Virus record (IMG/VR): IMGVR_UViG_3300028925_010764
Source of the DNA: an uncultured virus (IMG/VR IMGVR_UViG_3300028925_010764)
Taxonomy: Duplodnaviria; Heunggongvirae; Uroviricota; Caudoviricetes
DNA length: 20,000 nucleotides
Direction: 5' to 3' (one strand)
In this document: positions 1-8,599 of the stretch, piece by piece
Numbering within the stretch: the first letter of the stretch is position 1
Layout of the letters: every line of letters begins with the position of its first letter
The notes under the pieces: model-generated
What the model was told of the DNA's origin: nothing
Databases searched by the model: none
The model's input: only the letters and a program-made list of their open reading frames with translations
Made by a program: the position numbers and the translations under genes

Positions 1-3000
1 TGAATGCCCTCCTCTTGGAGAGCCAGCACGATTTCATCGACTTGATCATCTGTCCATTTAGAAGCCGTTCCCTGCCCCCTCTTTTTCGAGGTGCTGATCT
101 TGAATTGGATCTGCTTCGCTTGCGTGATAGTGCGGTTCACCTTGCCCTTCACGGACCCGATGTCTCTCGGCTCAACCCCTTCAGGGATCTTGCCCTTAAA
201 GGATGATAGCCTGGCGAATGGGATGCGGGGATCCTTCGTCGTCTTCACTCCGACCTGACGCTTACCAGTCCTTCGGTATGCGTCCAGTCGTTCCTGATTG
301 ATCACTGAGGCTGCGCCGATCAGATCAGCCCCGCCAAAGTCGGCGAAGCTCTTAGAGAATGCATCGATTGCATCCTTGGCGGTCTTGAAATTCGTAAGGA
401 TGAACGTGCCAACGAAGGGCGCATTCTCCATACCGCTAATAGATTCTGTCCCACCCTCCAAGCTGACATTCTGCGTGTCCCTGAGATCAATCATCACCAC
501 CACGTCTGACCGTGGGTTCGGACCCTCCAGTGTCATGTCGGCAAATTCTGCCAGAATCGCGGCTTCCGCCTGCTCCTCAAGAGCCTTCGTGTCTGCCGGG
601 TCGACCACTTCTGACAGCTTACGCCGTCCGAGTGCATCCTTCTCGGTTTTCTGCCGGCCCGCAAGGTGCTTGAGGCGGCGCTTCCACTTCTGCATCGTCT
701 TCGCAGATTGCTGCTTCTCTGATGCTTCACCGTGTGTTTTAGTTCCGGGTGTTCCCTCGTTCTCAGCTACGACATTGCCTTCATCGAATAGCCCAGCCCC
801 GAATATGCCTGACCCTTCAGCGCTCTCCTCGTTCTGGGCTGTAACGACTGCTTCTTGAACCAGTCGTTGCTGCTCGAGATCTGCCTCCTCTTCGGTGAGT
901 GGGTAAGTGACGGGGTTGTCTAGTTGCTGTCCAGTGACACCGTCTTCCTCTAGTCTGGATGACCTGGTCGCCGGCGCCACTGCTCCAACACCTTGACCTG
1001 GTCGAGCCCGAGCTTCGTCCCGGTTCGCCGGTTGCGATCCCAAGGAGAGATCCACCCCTTCTGCAGAGATGGTCGCCCTTTGGTCTGGGATTCTTCCGAG
1101 AGCATTACCGAGATCCACCTCACTCACTCCCAACTGCCTGTTGATTGCAGATGCTGTGTGATCAAGCGGGACAGTGAAAGGCGCGGCTGGATCTGCTGGA
1201 GCCTGCGGCGTGGCGTCAACGGGAGCGGACAATGATCCGTCTGGGTTGCGCGTTTGGACGAGCACTGGACGTGGCTGTCCGAGTGGACGGTCGGGATCGA
1301 AGTTCTCTCCAAGCTCTACGTTCCGCTGATCCTCCCTGCCCTCACGAACATCCTGAATCTGCGATGGCGTAACTTCACCGCGGCGCTGAAGATCATCAAG
1401 GACTCGATCTGACGACTCTTCCGGAACGGACGTTTGGCCGAGGATCTCCAGAACTCGCCTTGCCAAATCTGGATTTGCAGAAGCAGCTTCGTTTGCCCTG
1501 GCTATCTGCGCCAACTGCTGCACACGAAGGGCCTTGAGCCTGCTCACTTCTTGCTTGTTGCCTCTCCCTTCCGCGGTTTTGATCGCCGCAATCAGAGATT
1601 CCTCATTATCGTCAAGCCCTTCGGCTTTGGCTTCCTGCTCCTCCTGCTTCAGTTCTCCCAGACTGGAATCACGAGTGAGGTCGATCTCGCCCGACTTCAT
1701 CCGTCTCTCGATCGCTATGCGAAACAACTGGAAGGCAGGGATTGATCCTTCTGGGATTGCCTGAATCTTGGACTGTGTTCCAAGTGTCACGCCACCCATT
1801 GATTTCTCCACGAACTCGTCGTTCGCTAACTGTTGGAGTTCTTCTGCGCGGAGCCGCGGGATCTTGTCTCCGTGCTTGCCGGTCTTCTGCATCCGGTCTG
1901 CCTTGTCCCTGTCCTCCTTCTCTTGCTCGGGGCTCAGCAGCTTGTTGAAAGTGTATGCGCCGACGCCAGCCAGGCCACCGCCGACAGCGCCGAGCGCGCC
2001 GGCGTTCTTCAGGCGTGACACATCCTCTTCCGTCAGCGGGTTCCGTGAAGGGTCCATCGCATTGATGCCGCCTTGCTCAAAGCGAAGGGACATGATGCTG
2101 ACCAGCTCTTGGAAGGATTCGGTCGCCGCCTCCGCTCCCACGGCTGCGGGTAAAACGGCCCAGTGTCCAAGCACTCTCTGGATGAAGGGCTTCTTCAAGC
2201 CTGGCGGCACGCCACCAGTGAAGGAGTTGATGATAAACCAAGGGAGAGCCGAGTCAGGAGCGGCTCCGACAAAACCACCTAAAACAGCAGTGTTGAGAGC
2301 CTCGTCTGGGGCGATGCCGTTATTTGTCAGCTCGTTGAATACCTCGCCTGATTGAAGGGCGTGCGAGTTCAGCATGACCGCGGTGTTGGCTCCCCATCGC
2401 CGCCGTGTCGACCGCATCTCTTTGCTCAGTAGTTCTTTGACTGTGTCAGAAGCCTCGTCAGCCACCATCTTGCCGGCCGCGATCTTTTTCAACTGGCCCT
2501 CCACTGAATCCACGGTCGCCTTCCCTACCTCGCGCTGCGCCCGCTCCTCTAATATCTCCTTGACCTCCTTCTTGATAAGGTTCTTGGCAGCCTTCTTGCC
2601 CACGATGCCGGCCATGAATCCGCCGACGGTTCCTACTGGGCCGCCAGTCGCAGTTCCGGCCACACCACCGGCAACAGCAGTGCCTATCGCCTCTATGAGT
2701 GAGGGTGTCACCTCACCGATGCCGCCCGACACCCAACGGATGAAGTCGGACGCGGATTGAATATCCTCAACTCTGCGGATCGTGCCGCCGTATTCGGCTG
2801 CTGCCTCACTATGTTCTTTCGAGCGCTCAAGGAGTTGGTCGCTTGCCTCGTCGGCGAAATCTCCCGGGAGGGCTCGCAATCCTAAAGCTGCGCCTCCCTT
2901 CAGTGTTCCGAGGAGTCCCTCCATGCCTCGCCCGAGGCCGAGGTTCATCTCCTGAAGGAGGCTAGGGGCATTCTCCCTGCGCTCAGCTAGATCCGCTGCC

Positions 3001-3155
3001 TGCTGGTCACCTTTGATCCTTTGAATATCTGCCGTGAAATCAGAATAACCGTCAAACTTACCAGGGAAATTACCCGCCAAGAAACTCGTGATCTCATCGT
3101 CTGACCTCGGGTCTGATGGGAACTTCGTTCTGAATCTTGTGACGACATCATTCAT
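1..3155 (-). CDS. Large internal virion / DNA-ejection protein (gp16-like position; polyvalent-type), 3'-truncated, >1050 aa
   Basis: Absent from the ORF track because it has no stop in the window. The ATG at 3155 overlaps the TGA of the upstream gene (ATGA). Reads MNDVVTRFRTKFPSDPRSDDEITSFL...; no stop was found in the large parts translated by hand (about 1440-1830 not read codon by codon). Contains Gly/Ala hydrophobic stretches (AIGTAVAGGVAGTATGGPVGTVGGFMAGIVG; AGALGAVGGGLAGVGA) and an EAATESFQE motif of the kind seen in large phage internal proteins. Confidence 0.8.
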   Translation of the reverse strand, partial: MNDVVTRFRTKFPSDPRSDDEITSFLAGNFPGKFDGYSDFTADIQRIKGDQQAADLAERRENAPSLLQEMNLGLGRGMEGLLGTLKGGAALGLRALPGDFADEASDQLLERSKEHSEAAAEYGGTIRRVEDIQSASDFIRWVSGGIGEVTPSLIEAIGTAVAGGVAGTATGGPVGTVGGFMAGIVGKKAAKNLIKKEVKEILEERAQREVGKATVDSVEGQLKKIAAGKMVADEASDTVKELLSKEMRSTRRRWGANTAVMLNSHALQSGEVFNELTNNGIAPDEALNTAVLGGFVGAAPDSALPWFIINSFTGGVPPGLKKPFIQRVLGHWAVLPAAVGAEAATESFQELVSIMSLRFEQGGINAMDPSRNPLTEEDVSRLKNAGALGAVGGGLAGVGAYTFNKLLSPEQEKEDRDKADRMQKTGKHGDKIPRLRAEELQQLANDEFVEKSMGGVTLGTQSKIQAIPEGSIPAFQLFRIAIERRMKSGEIDLTRDSSLGELKQEEQEAKAEGLDDNEESLIAAIKTAEGRGNKQEVSRLKALRVQQLAQIARANEAASANPDLARRVLEILGQTSVPEESSDRVLDDLQRRGEVTPSQIQDVREGREDQRNVELGENFDPDRPLGQPRPVLVQTRNPDGSLSAPVDATPQAPADPAAPFTVPLDHTASAINRQLGVSEVDLGNALGRIPDQRATISAEGVDLSLGSQPANRDEARARPGQGVGAVAPATRSSRLEEDGVTGQQLDNPVTYPLTEEEADLEQQRLVQEAVVTAQNEESAEGSGIFGAGLFDEGNVVAENEGTPGTKTHGEASEKQQSAKTMQKWKRRLKHLAGRQKTEKDALGRRKLSEVVDPADTKALEEQAEAAILAEFADMTLEGPNPRSDVVVMIDLRDTQNVSLEGGTESISGMENAPFVGTFILTNFKTAKDAIDAFSKSFADFGGADLIGAASVINQERLDAYRRTGKRQVGVKTTKDPRIPFARLSSFKGKIPEGVEPRDIGSVKGKVNRTITQAKQIQFKISTSKKRGQGTASKWTDDQVDEIVLALQEEGI

Positions 3156-5032
3156 TTCCTTAACGCTTTCCTATCGACTGCAAGGCGTCGTTTCGCCTCC
3201 GCTTCAAGGCGTCGTTTCTCCTCCGCTTCAAGGCGTTTGTGCTCTGCCCTTATCTCGTCTACGGATTCTGATTCTGGCATGTTTTTGATCTTGGCTTGGA
3301 TCTCTTTCCGTAACTTTGCAAGCCTGCGAAACTCAATTCTCAGTTCAATGACTTCCATCTCCGTCATCGGCACTACTTTTTCCGTGAACATATCCGCTGA
3401 GCTCCCGAATGGATCGGATGGATCCTGCACTTTGTTGCGGACGGGAACCTTCCTGAACTTCACCGGGTTCTCAATCTTAGCCATGATCTCATGCAACTGC
3501 TTCTCGACACCCCGCTGCTCGTCACGCATTTTAGCGATCTTAGGGAGCTCAGGTGTCGTGCTTTGCTGATCTCCAGCTAATCCAAACGGGATGCGTTCAT
3601 GGCCGGAGTCTGTGAGCTCGCGACCGCGCATCCTCGCGTCTCTTCGGGCCAGCCCGAGGGCTGATGCGTCATCAACACCCTGCTCAATAGCTGCGTTTGG
3701 ATTAAAGGTTTTCTGTTCCTCTTCCACAAAGCTCGCCGCGTCCTCGGCTGTCGTTTCCCCGCCACCTCCGGCTCCGCTGCCTGCTAGCTCCTCGTCCGTC
3801 AGGCCCATCTCGTTGCCGGGATCCACAGTCTTGAACGAGTGTTCGTTCACGCCGGCGTTGATGCCCACGTCAGCCAGCATGGTGCTGTTCTGTGCCGACG
3901 CCGGGGTGACTATCGATTCCATCGCTTTGTTGTACTCGTCCTCCAGTAAAGCGTTCCTCAATGGATGATACTTCTTCAGGGCCATTGACTGCTCGTTCAG
4001 TTTCTCAAGGTCTGTAAGGGCTTGCTTCAGGAAAATTACTTCCGCTGAAAGCACCTGTTTGTTCGTTTTGTCCATCCCTTCAGTTTGAAGGTTGATGTTC
4101 TGGATCAGCTTCTTGTAAATCTCACGTTGGTCTTCGTGCTTTGCTGTTCCGAACCATGCGCCTCCCTTCTTTGAGAGCGCGATGGACTGCAAGACGTTTG
4201 CGTTCCGGATCATCCCCGGCTTGGTTATCTTGCCAGTCTTACTGTCGATCTCCGCTGGAGGTGTATCCAATCCCAGCCGAATACCATCCAACATCAGGGT
4301 GGCCTGCTGGGCCCCTAGCCACTTCACGAGTAAAGCCTCTGTCGCAGAGTCAGCGTAGGTGTTTTGAACCCCAAGCCTACGAGCTTCCATTATCTGCGGG
4401 TCAACCACCGTCCTGTCCGTGCTTCCTTTCTCGAACGCAATTATTTGCATGACTTTGCGGTTTCGTTCCTTCTCAAGAAGCATAACCTTCTCCGTGCCGT
4501 CCTCCGAAATGCGAGCCGCCATTCTGCGAGCCGTGTCAGGCGGGTAATTGCCTTCTTCGTCCTTGAGTGACTCAAGGAAAGCCATAGACGTTCCGGTTAC
4601 CTTCGCTTCTGCCACGATGCTGTCCATGGTCATCTTGTCGTAGGACATTTTCAGCAGTGACCTCTCCTTGGCGATGCGGTCCTTCCTTTCGGTTTCAGCA
4701 GCGATCTTCTCCGTTTCACGATTGTCTGTATTGCGTTCCGTGCGAAGCCTGTCGTCGCGCTCCGTCGCCCAGATGTGCTGGTCGTCCGCGTGCTTCGTCC
4801 GAAACTCTCGATCATCCTTAGCCAGAGAACGCTGGGACTCCGACAGGTTCTTAGCCGTCAGCAGTTTGAAGTCTCTCTCGTCCTTGACAAGACCCGCGTT
4901 GAGGGCTTGCCTTTCATCTTGGGCGTCCTTCTCAAGTTTGTATTTACCAACGGCGAACATGCCGTCCCCGATACCGCTCATGGTATCCTTGAACTGGCCG
5001 ATGAAATCTGGGATTTGGATGTTGTTTGGCAT
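3152..5032 (-). CDS. Putative DNA-ejection / internal virion protein (second of three), 626 aa
   Basis: Long, charged, helical/coiled-coil-like ORF, coupled to both neighbours (TAATG, ATGA). Occupies the middle ejection-gene position of P22/T7-like phages. Confidence 0.65.
   Translation of the reverse strand: MPNNIQIPDFIGQFKDTMSGIGDGMFAVGKYKLEKDAQDERQALNAGLVKDERDFKLLTAKNLSESQRSLAKDDREFRTKHADDQHIWATERDDRLRTERNTDNRETEKIAAETERKDRIAKERSLLKMSYDKMTMDSIVAEAKVTGTSMAFLESLKDEEGNYPPDTARRMAARISEDGTEKVMLLEKERNRKVMQIIAFEKGSTDRTVVDPQIMEARRLGVQNTYADSATEALLVKWLGAQQATLMLDGIRLGLDTPPAEIDSKTGKITKPGMIRNANVLQSIALSKKGGAWFGTAKHEDQREIYKKLIQNINLQTEGMDKTNKQVLSAEVIFLKQALTDLEKLNEQSMALKKYHPLRNALLEDEYNKAMESIVTPASAQNSTMLADVGINAGVNEHSFKTVDPGNEMGLTDEELAGSGAGGGGETTAEDAASFVEEEQKTFNPNAAIEQGVDDASALGLARRDARMRGRELTDSGHERIPFGLAGDQQSTTPELPKIAKMRDEQRGVEKQLHEIMAKIENPVKFRKVPVRNKVQDPSDPFGSSADMFTEKVVPMTEMEVIELRIEFRRLAKLRKEIQAKIKNMPESESVDEIRAEHKRLEAEEKRRLEAEAKRRLAVDRKALRK
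3181..3236. repeat. 24-bp tandem repeat, 2.3 copies, in coding sequence
   Basis: caaggcgtcgtttc(g/t)cctccgctt twice (23/24 identical) plus caaggcgt. Encodes RLEAEEKR RLEAEAKR RL near the C-terminus of the 626-aa protein. Confidence 0.95.
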
Positions 5033-6084
5033 TATAGAACCCTTCCATACTTTGCTTCACCTTGGGCTTGGTAGGCTTGGTTTCTTGCCCTGTTCGCCTC
5101 ACCGGCGCTCGTGCTACCACCCCCGTTAACCTCGCTCATTCCGTAGAGCGTGGCGCCCTTAGTCACTGCACTCCCGAGGCCGGCTAGTGCGGTTCCGAAG
5201 ATGGCTCCGTTGCCTGCGATCGGCTGAACCGTGGGCAGCGGGGTCGGATTGTAGACACCAGGCTGATCAAACATAAATCGATTGAAACCGGACGACGCTT
5301 GCTCCTGCTCCCGCATGAGGCCGCGAGACGCTGCGCTCTCAGCCGCGATGGTCGACTCCATTAGCTGGTTCGGGGCATTGACGCTGGCGAGTCGGCGTGC
5401 CACCCCGGTATTTTTAATGGCCGCGTCCCCTTGCTCATTCTGGATCTTCGCGCGGGCCTCGACCAGAGCGGCGTTTGTGCCGATATTTCTGCGTGCGTCG
5501 AACTCGAGCTGGTTCTTCGCCAGTGAGTCCCCCGAGAACCCCCGGCTTCGCTGGCCGGCGTTGATGCTATTGAGCTGTTCTTCGAGGGCTTCCTTGCCTG
5601 ACTGCCTGACGACTTCGGCTTCACCCAGACGGGCTGCCTTGAGCCCCTCCATGTTCGTGAGCTCCTCCTGTGTCATCGTGCCATCGAACACTGCTCCGAT
5701 GGCATCGCCGGCTGCCTGCCGGTCGACATCGAACAATGAGGCCACACCCTCCAGTTGCGCGAGGCGCTCCTCGGGCGGCATCTTGGTGAGCGCGTCGTAA
5801 TTCTTCAGCGCATACTGGAACATCTGACTCTCGACGGAGTTCTTGTGTTCCTCCGAAAACCCGGACGTATCACGCACGGCGTAGAACGGCAGCTTGGCAA
5901 ATCCCTCGGCGCCGCGGGACTGGAGGAAGATCGCCTTCTCCAGATCCCTTTGGTTGCTTGCGTTCTCAAGGTTCGCGGCCTGAGCGCGTCTCGCCGCCTT
6001 CTGCTGGCTCTTCGCTGTGATAGCGCCGCCGACAGTTGATACGACGGCGCCGACCCCAAGTGCGATTGAAGTGAATAGTGCCAT
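5032..6084 (-). CDS. Putative DNA-ejection protein (P22 gp7 / T7 gp14-like position), 350 aa
   Basis: N-terminal hydrophobic Gly/Ala segment then Ala/Gln/Lys run (MALFTSIALGVGAVVSTVGGAITAKSQQKAARRAQAA) and a second Gly-rich hydrophobic segment near the C-terminus. Lies directly after the GNAT gene. Confidence 0.72.
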   Translation of the reverse strand: MALFTSIALGVGAVVSTVGGAITAKSQQKAARRAQAANLENASNQRDLEKAIFLQSRGAEGFAKLPFYAVRDTSGFSEEHKNSVESQMFQYALKNYDALTKMPPEERLAQLEGVASLFDVDRQAAGDAIGAVFDGTMTQEELTNMEGLKAARLGEAEVVRQSGKEALEEQLNSINAGQRSRGFSGDSLAKNQLEFDARRNIGTNAALVEARAKIQNEQGDAAIKNTGVARRLASVNAPNQLMESTIAAESAASRGLMREQEQASSGFNRFMFDQPGVYNPTPLPTVQPIAGNGAIFGTALAGLGSAVTKGATLYGMSEVNGGGSTSAGEANRARNQAYQAQGEAKYGRVL

Positions 6085-6539
6085 TAAATATCCTTTATGT
6101 AGTTGATTTCAAACTCACGTAAACCACGCCGCCCGTAGAGATCTTCGAGCTTCTCGTCGTTCATCCCGCAGATCCTCGTCATTGCAAGCCTGGCGCATCC
6201 TCGGCGTTTAGCTTCACTCTCAAGCGAGTCCAGCAATTTGATCGACGATAGCGAGCCCCGGTTCTCGGGCTTCACGAACCAGAACATCTCCGTGCACACA
6301 CTGTCTCCCGTCGTCACGTCCGGATATATGATTCCCGCGATGGTGCCGTCAATCGTGACGCCGTCCTCGTTCATCACCACGAAGCAGATCCACTTGCCGC
6401 CATCGAACAGCGCTACAAGAGTCCCCACGAACGCGTCCGCATTAAATACGCCAGGTAGGCTTGCCTCCGCGGAGAACATTCTCGCGCAGGGAACAAGGCC
6501 CGGAATCTCGTGGCGTTCAATTTTCCTTATTCCACCCAT
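6084..6539 (-). CDS. GNAT-fold acetyltransferase-like protein, 151 aa
   Basis: EMFWFVKPENRG..SIKLLDSLESEAKRRG (motif A-like) and LEDLYGRRG (motif B-like). Position before the ejection genes is usual in podoviruses. Confidence 0.85.
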   Translation of the reverse strand: MGGIRKIERHEIPGLVPCARMFSAEASLPGVFNADAFVGTLVALFDGGKWICFVVMNEDGVTIDGTIAGIIYPDVTTGDSVCTEMFWFVKPENRGSLSSIKLLDSLESEAKRRGCARLAMTRICGMNDEKLEDLYGRRGLREFEINYIKDI

Positions 6540-8377
6540 GGTGTGCGTGTGACGTGGCCTGAGTTGGAACCTCCGTGAGTTTCCCTTGATGTCCAGATTG
6601 CGATCTCCTCACCTGTGTTGAGATTCCACTCGACGGAAAACTTATTGTGATATTCAGGGCTGGCGAGCATGGGAACAGGTGGAAGAATCAAGGTCTTCTC
6701 GTAGGTCAGCATCGCCTCCCTTGAACCTGCAATCCACCACTGCGAAATGTCATTGTTGGTATGACCTGTAACAGGGTCTGCAATGTTGAAAATACTGATC
6801 GAAAATGTGTTTCTCTCCCACACGTAGATCCTTCGCTTGCTATCGTGAGGATTGTATTGGACTTGAAAAACGTAAGGGTTAGCGCCGACAACATCAGTGA
6901 ACGCATCGACGTTGACGATGCTTGCATCTTGGAGGTTTAACGCTGATCCGTGCTGAGATCCTTGGTAGATGGTTCCGTTCCACACCATTTTCCGCATCTC
7001 TATTGCTTGAACACGGGATCCCCAAAGACCTCCTTCCAATGCGTAGGTGTCAGGGTTTGCGGTTACTCCTGTTCCTCCCTCATCCAGCCAAGCAGGTCGG
7101 TAATTCCAATTTGCTCCCACGCCAACAAGCTTCGTGGTCCAGGGAGCAGCAAGAAGAACCTGATACCAACCGATGTTGTCGTTCACCAAGAGCCAGTCCG
7201 TCCCGTCAGCTTTCCGCCACACGGTTCCAGACTGGTAAACTCTCCTAACGGCGTCCATGTCCACCCCTGTCGAAAGAGGAAGCTTTATCCTGAGTATGTT
7301 TCGCGTCTTGAGGTTCACCTCGTAGAAGCGTTCAATGTTCCCATCGTGATTCCAGTTCCATCCGTAGAACTTGTCGTTGTACCCGAATGCGATTCCCCCG
7401 AAACCGAACTGTAAATCTGGGAACGGGATAGTGGCGACCGATTTGTTGACCCATGCTTTAGCGTAGAGCATCCAGCTTCCCAATGTGATCGCGTCAAGTG
7501 TCCCGTCCGTTCGGTGAATGATGTTAGGAATGTTTGCAAGCTCCTCGACTGCGATATTCGTATCGTTCCACTGAACCGAGAATGAACGGAGGGTGCCGTC
7601 CCAAAACTGCTCGACGGGAATGCGGTCGCCTACCGAATATCCTGCGTCGTCCGCGACACATTCGAGGTACACCTGGATGTGAGAAGGAGTGCCAGCAAGA
7701 TAGTGGAAAAAGTTGTGATTTGTTCCCGGCCCTGCCAACTCCGTGCCTTGAGGACTCGAATACTCCGTGAGCCCTGTGAAGTTTATGTCGGTGTTCGCTG
7801 ACGTTGCTGGCGTGCTTCCAGCCCCGCCAATCAACCGAAACGTGGACGACGTGGGTTCGTAGACGAGGCATACCAACTCGTCGGCCTTTATGTCAGCCGG
7901 CAGCAACCCTGTGTTGTCGCGCTTCGTAATCAGGATATTGTCATGATGAACGCTATCGCCCTTCTCGATCTTGATATACGAAGGGCCGGTGTTCTGACGC
8001 TTGGAATACATCCAGATCAATATGGACTTCCCGCTGGTGATTGACGGCAACTCTGCAAGTCTGAGATCGCTTCCTCCCGCCCCCCCAAGCTTGATTAGGT
8101 AGATATTGTCCTCGGTGCCAGCGTCCTCGTAGAAGTTTAGCGCGGACAAATCAAGGTGATCCGCAGTGATGATTCGATTGACTATGACGGCGGCGTCTGA
8201 AACAGCGCCGTCCTTGAACGTCCCATCATCATCGACCAATCCCTCAATCCACTCGGCCATCATGTTCGAGAAGTCTCGAAGCTTCTTCAGGTTGCTGTCG
8301 CCCTCCGCGTGCGTGACCTCCCGGCCCACGTCAAGCCTGAGAGTGAGCGCGCCTACTTGGGTTATCGGATCTGCCAT
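6527..8377 (-). CDS. Tail fibre / receptor-binding protein, 616 aa
   Basis: N-terminal LTLRLDVGREVTHAEGDSNLKKL resembles fibre attachment segments. NTGPSYIKI...ITKRDNTGLLPADIKADELVCLVYE and HYLAGTPSHIQVYLECVADDAGYSVGD resemble modules of phage fibres. The C-terminal half is aromatic and beta-rich. Confidence 0.75.
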   Translation of the reverse strand: MADPITQVGALTLRLDVGREVTHAEGDSNLKKLRDFSNMMAEWIEGLVDDDGTFKDGAVSDAAVIVNRIITADHLDLSALNFYEDAGTEDNIYLIKLGGAGGSDLRLAELPSITSGKSILIWMYSKRQNTGPSYIKIEKGDSVHHDNILITKRDNTGLLPADIKADELVCLVYEPTSSTFRLIGGAGSTPATSANTDINFTGLTEYSSPQGTELAGPGTNHNFFHYLAGTPSHIQVYLECVADDAGYSVGDRIPVEQFWDGTLRSFSVQWNDTNIAVEELANIPNIIHRTDGTLDAITLGSWMLYAKAWVNKSVATIPFPDLQFGFGGIAFGYNDKFYGWNWNHDGNIERFYEVNLKTRNILRIKLPLSTGVDMDAVRRVYQSGTVWRKADGTDWLLVNDNIGWYQVLLAAPWTTKLVGVGANWNYRPAWLDEGGTGVTANPDTYALEGGLWGSRVQAIEMRKMVWNGTIYQGSQHGSALNLQDASIVNVDAFTDVVGANPYVFQVQYNPHDSKRRIYVWERNTFSISIFNIADPVTGHTNNDISQWWIAGSREAMLTYEKTLILPPVPMLASPEYHNKFSVEWNLNTGEEIAIWTSRETHGGSNSGHVTRTPWVE

Positions 8378-8386
8378 AGTGTCACC

Positions 8387-8599
8387 TTATGTTCCTGATT
8401 CCAGCTCTGCGATTCTTTTCTCAAGTTCTGCAATCCTCTTATTCCACAGATCCTGTGTCCTTCGCTGCCACTCGGACATCGACTCGTTAAACCCTTGAGT
8501 GTCTACAATGTTGCGAGCTCCAGAACTCAGAACGGGGATCGCCGGCCAATCCGTATCCGTCAAACGTGGGGATTCCGATTGTCTTTTAGGTCCGCTCAT
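8387..8599 (-). CDS. Small coiled-coil virion protein (position after the nozzle), 70 aa
   Basis: ATGA overlap with the nozzle gene. C-terminal heptad duplication KRIAELE-KRIAELE (8399-8440). Confidence 0.7.
   Translation of the reverse strand: MSGPKRQSESPRLTDTDWPAIPVLSSGARNIVDTQGFNESMSEWQRRTQDLWNKRIAELEKRIAELESGT

Noticed and set aside
960..1004. 11-bp direct repeat tgacctggtcg
   Set aside because: Short, out of frame, inside a linker-coding region and compatible with chance.
8374..8391. Minus-strand CATAAGGTGACACTATGG resembles the SP6 promoter (12-nt exact core AGGTGACACTAT)
   Set aside because: Single occurrence. Other AGGTGACAC matches (about 2705 and 15450) lack the TAT part and lie in coding sequence. 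It is explained as stop codon, weak SD and ATG; phage polymerase promoters should recur before several structural genes.
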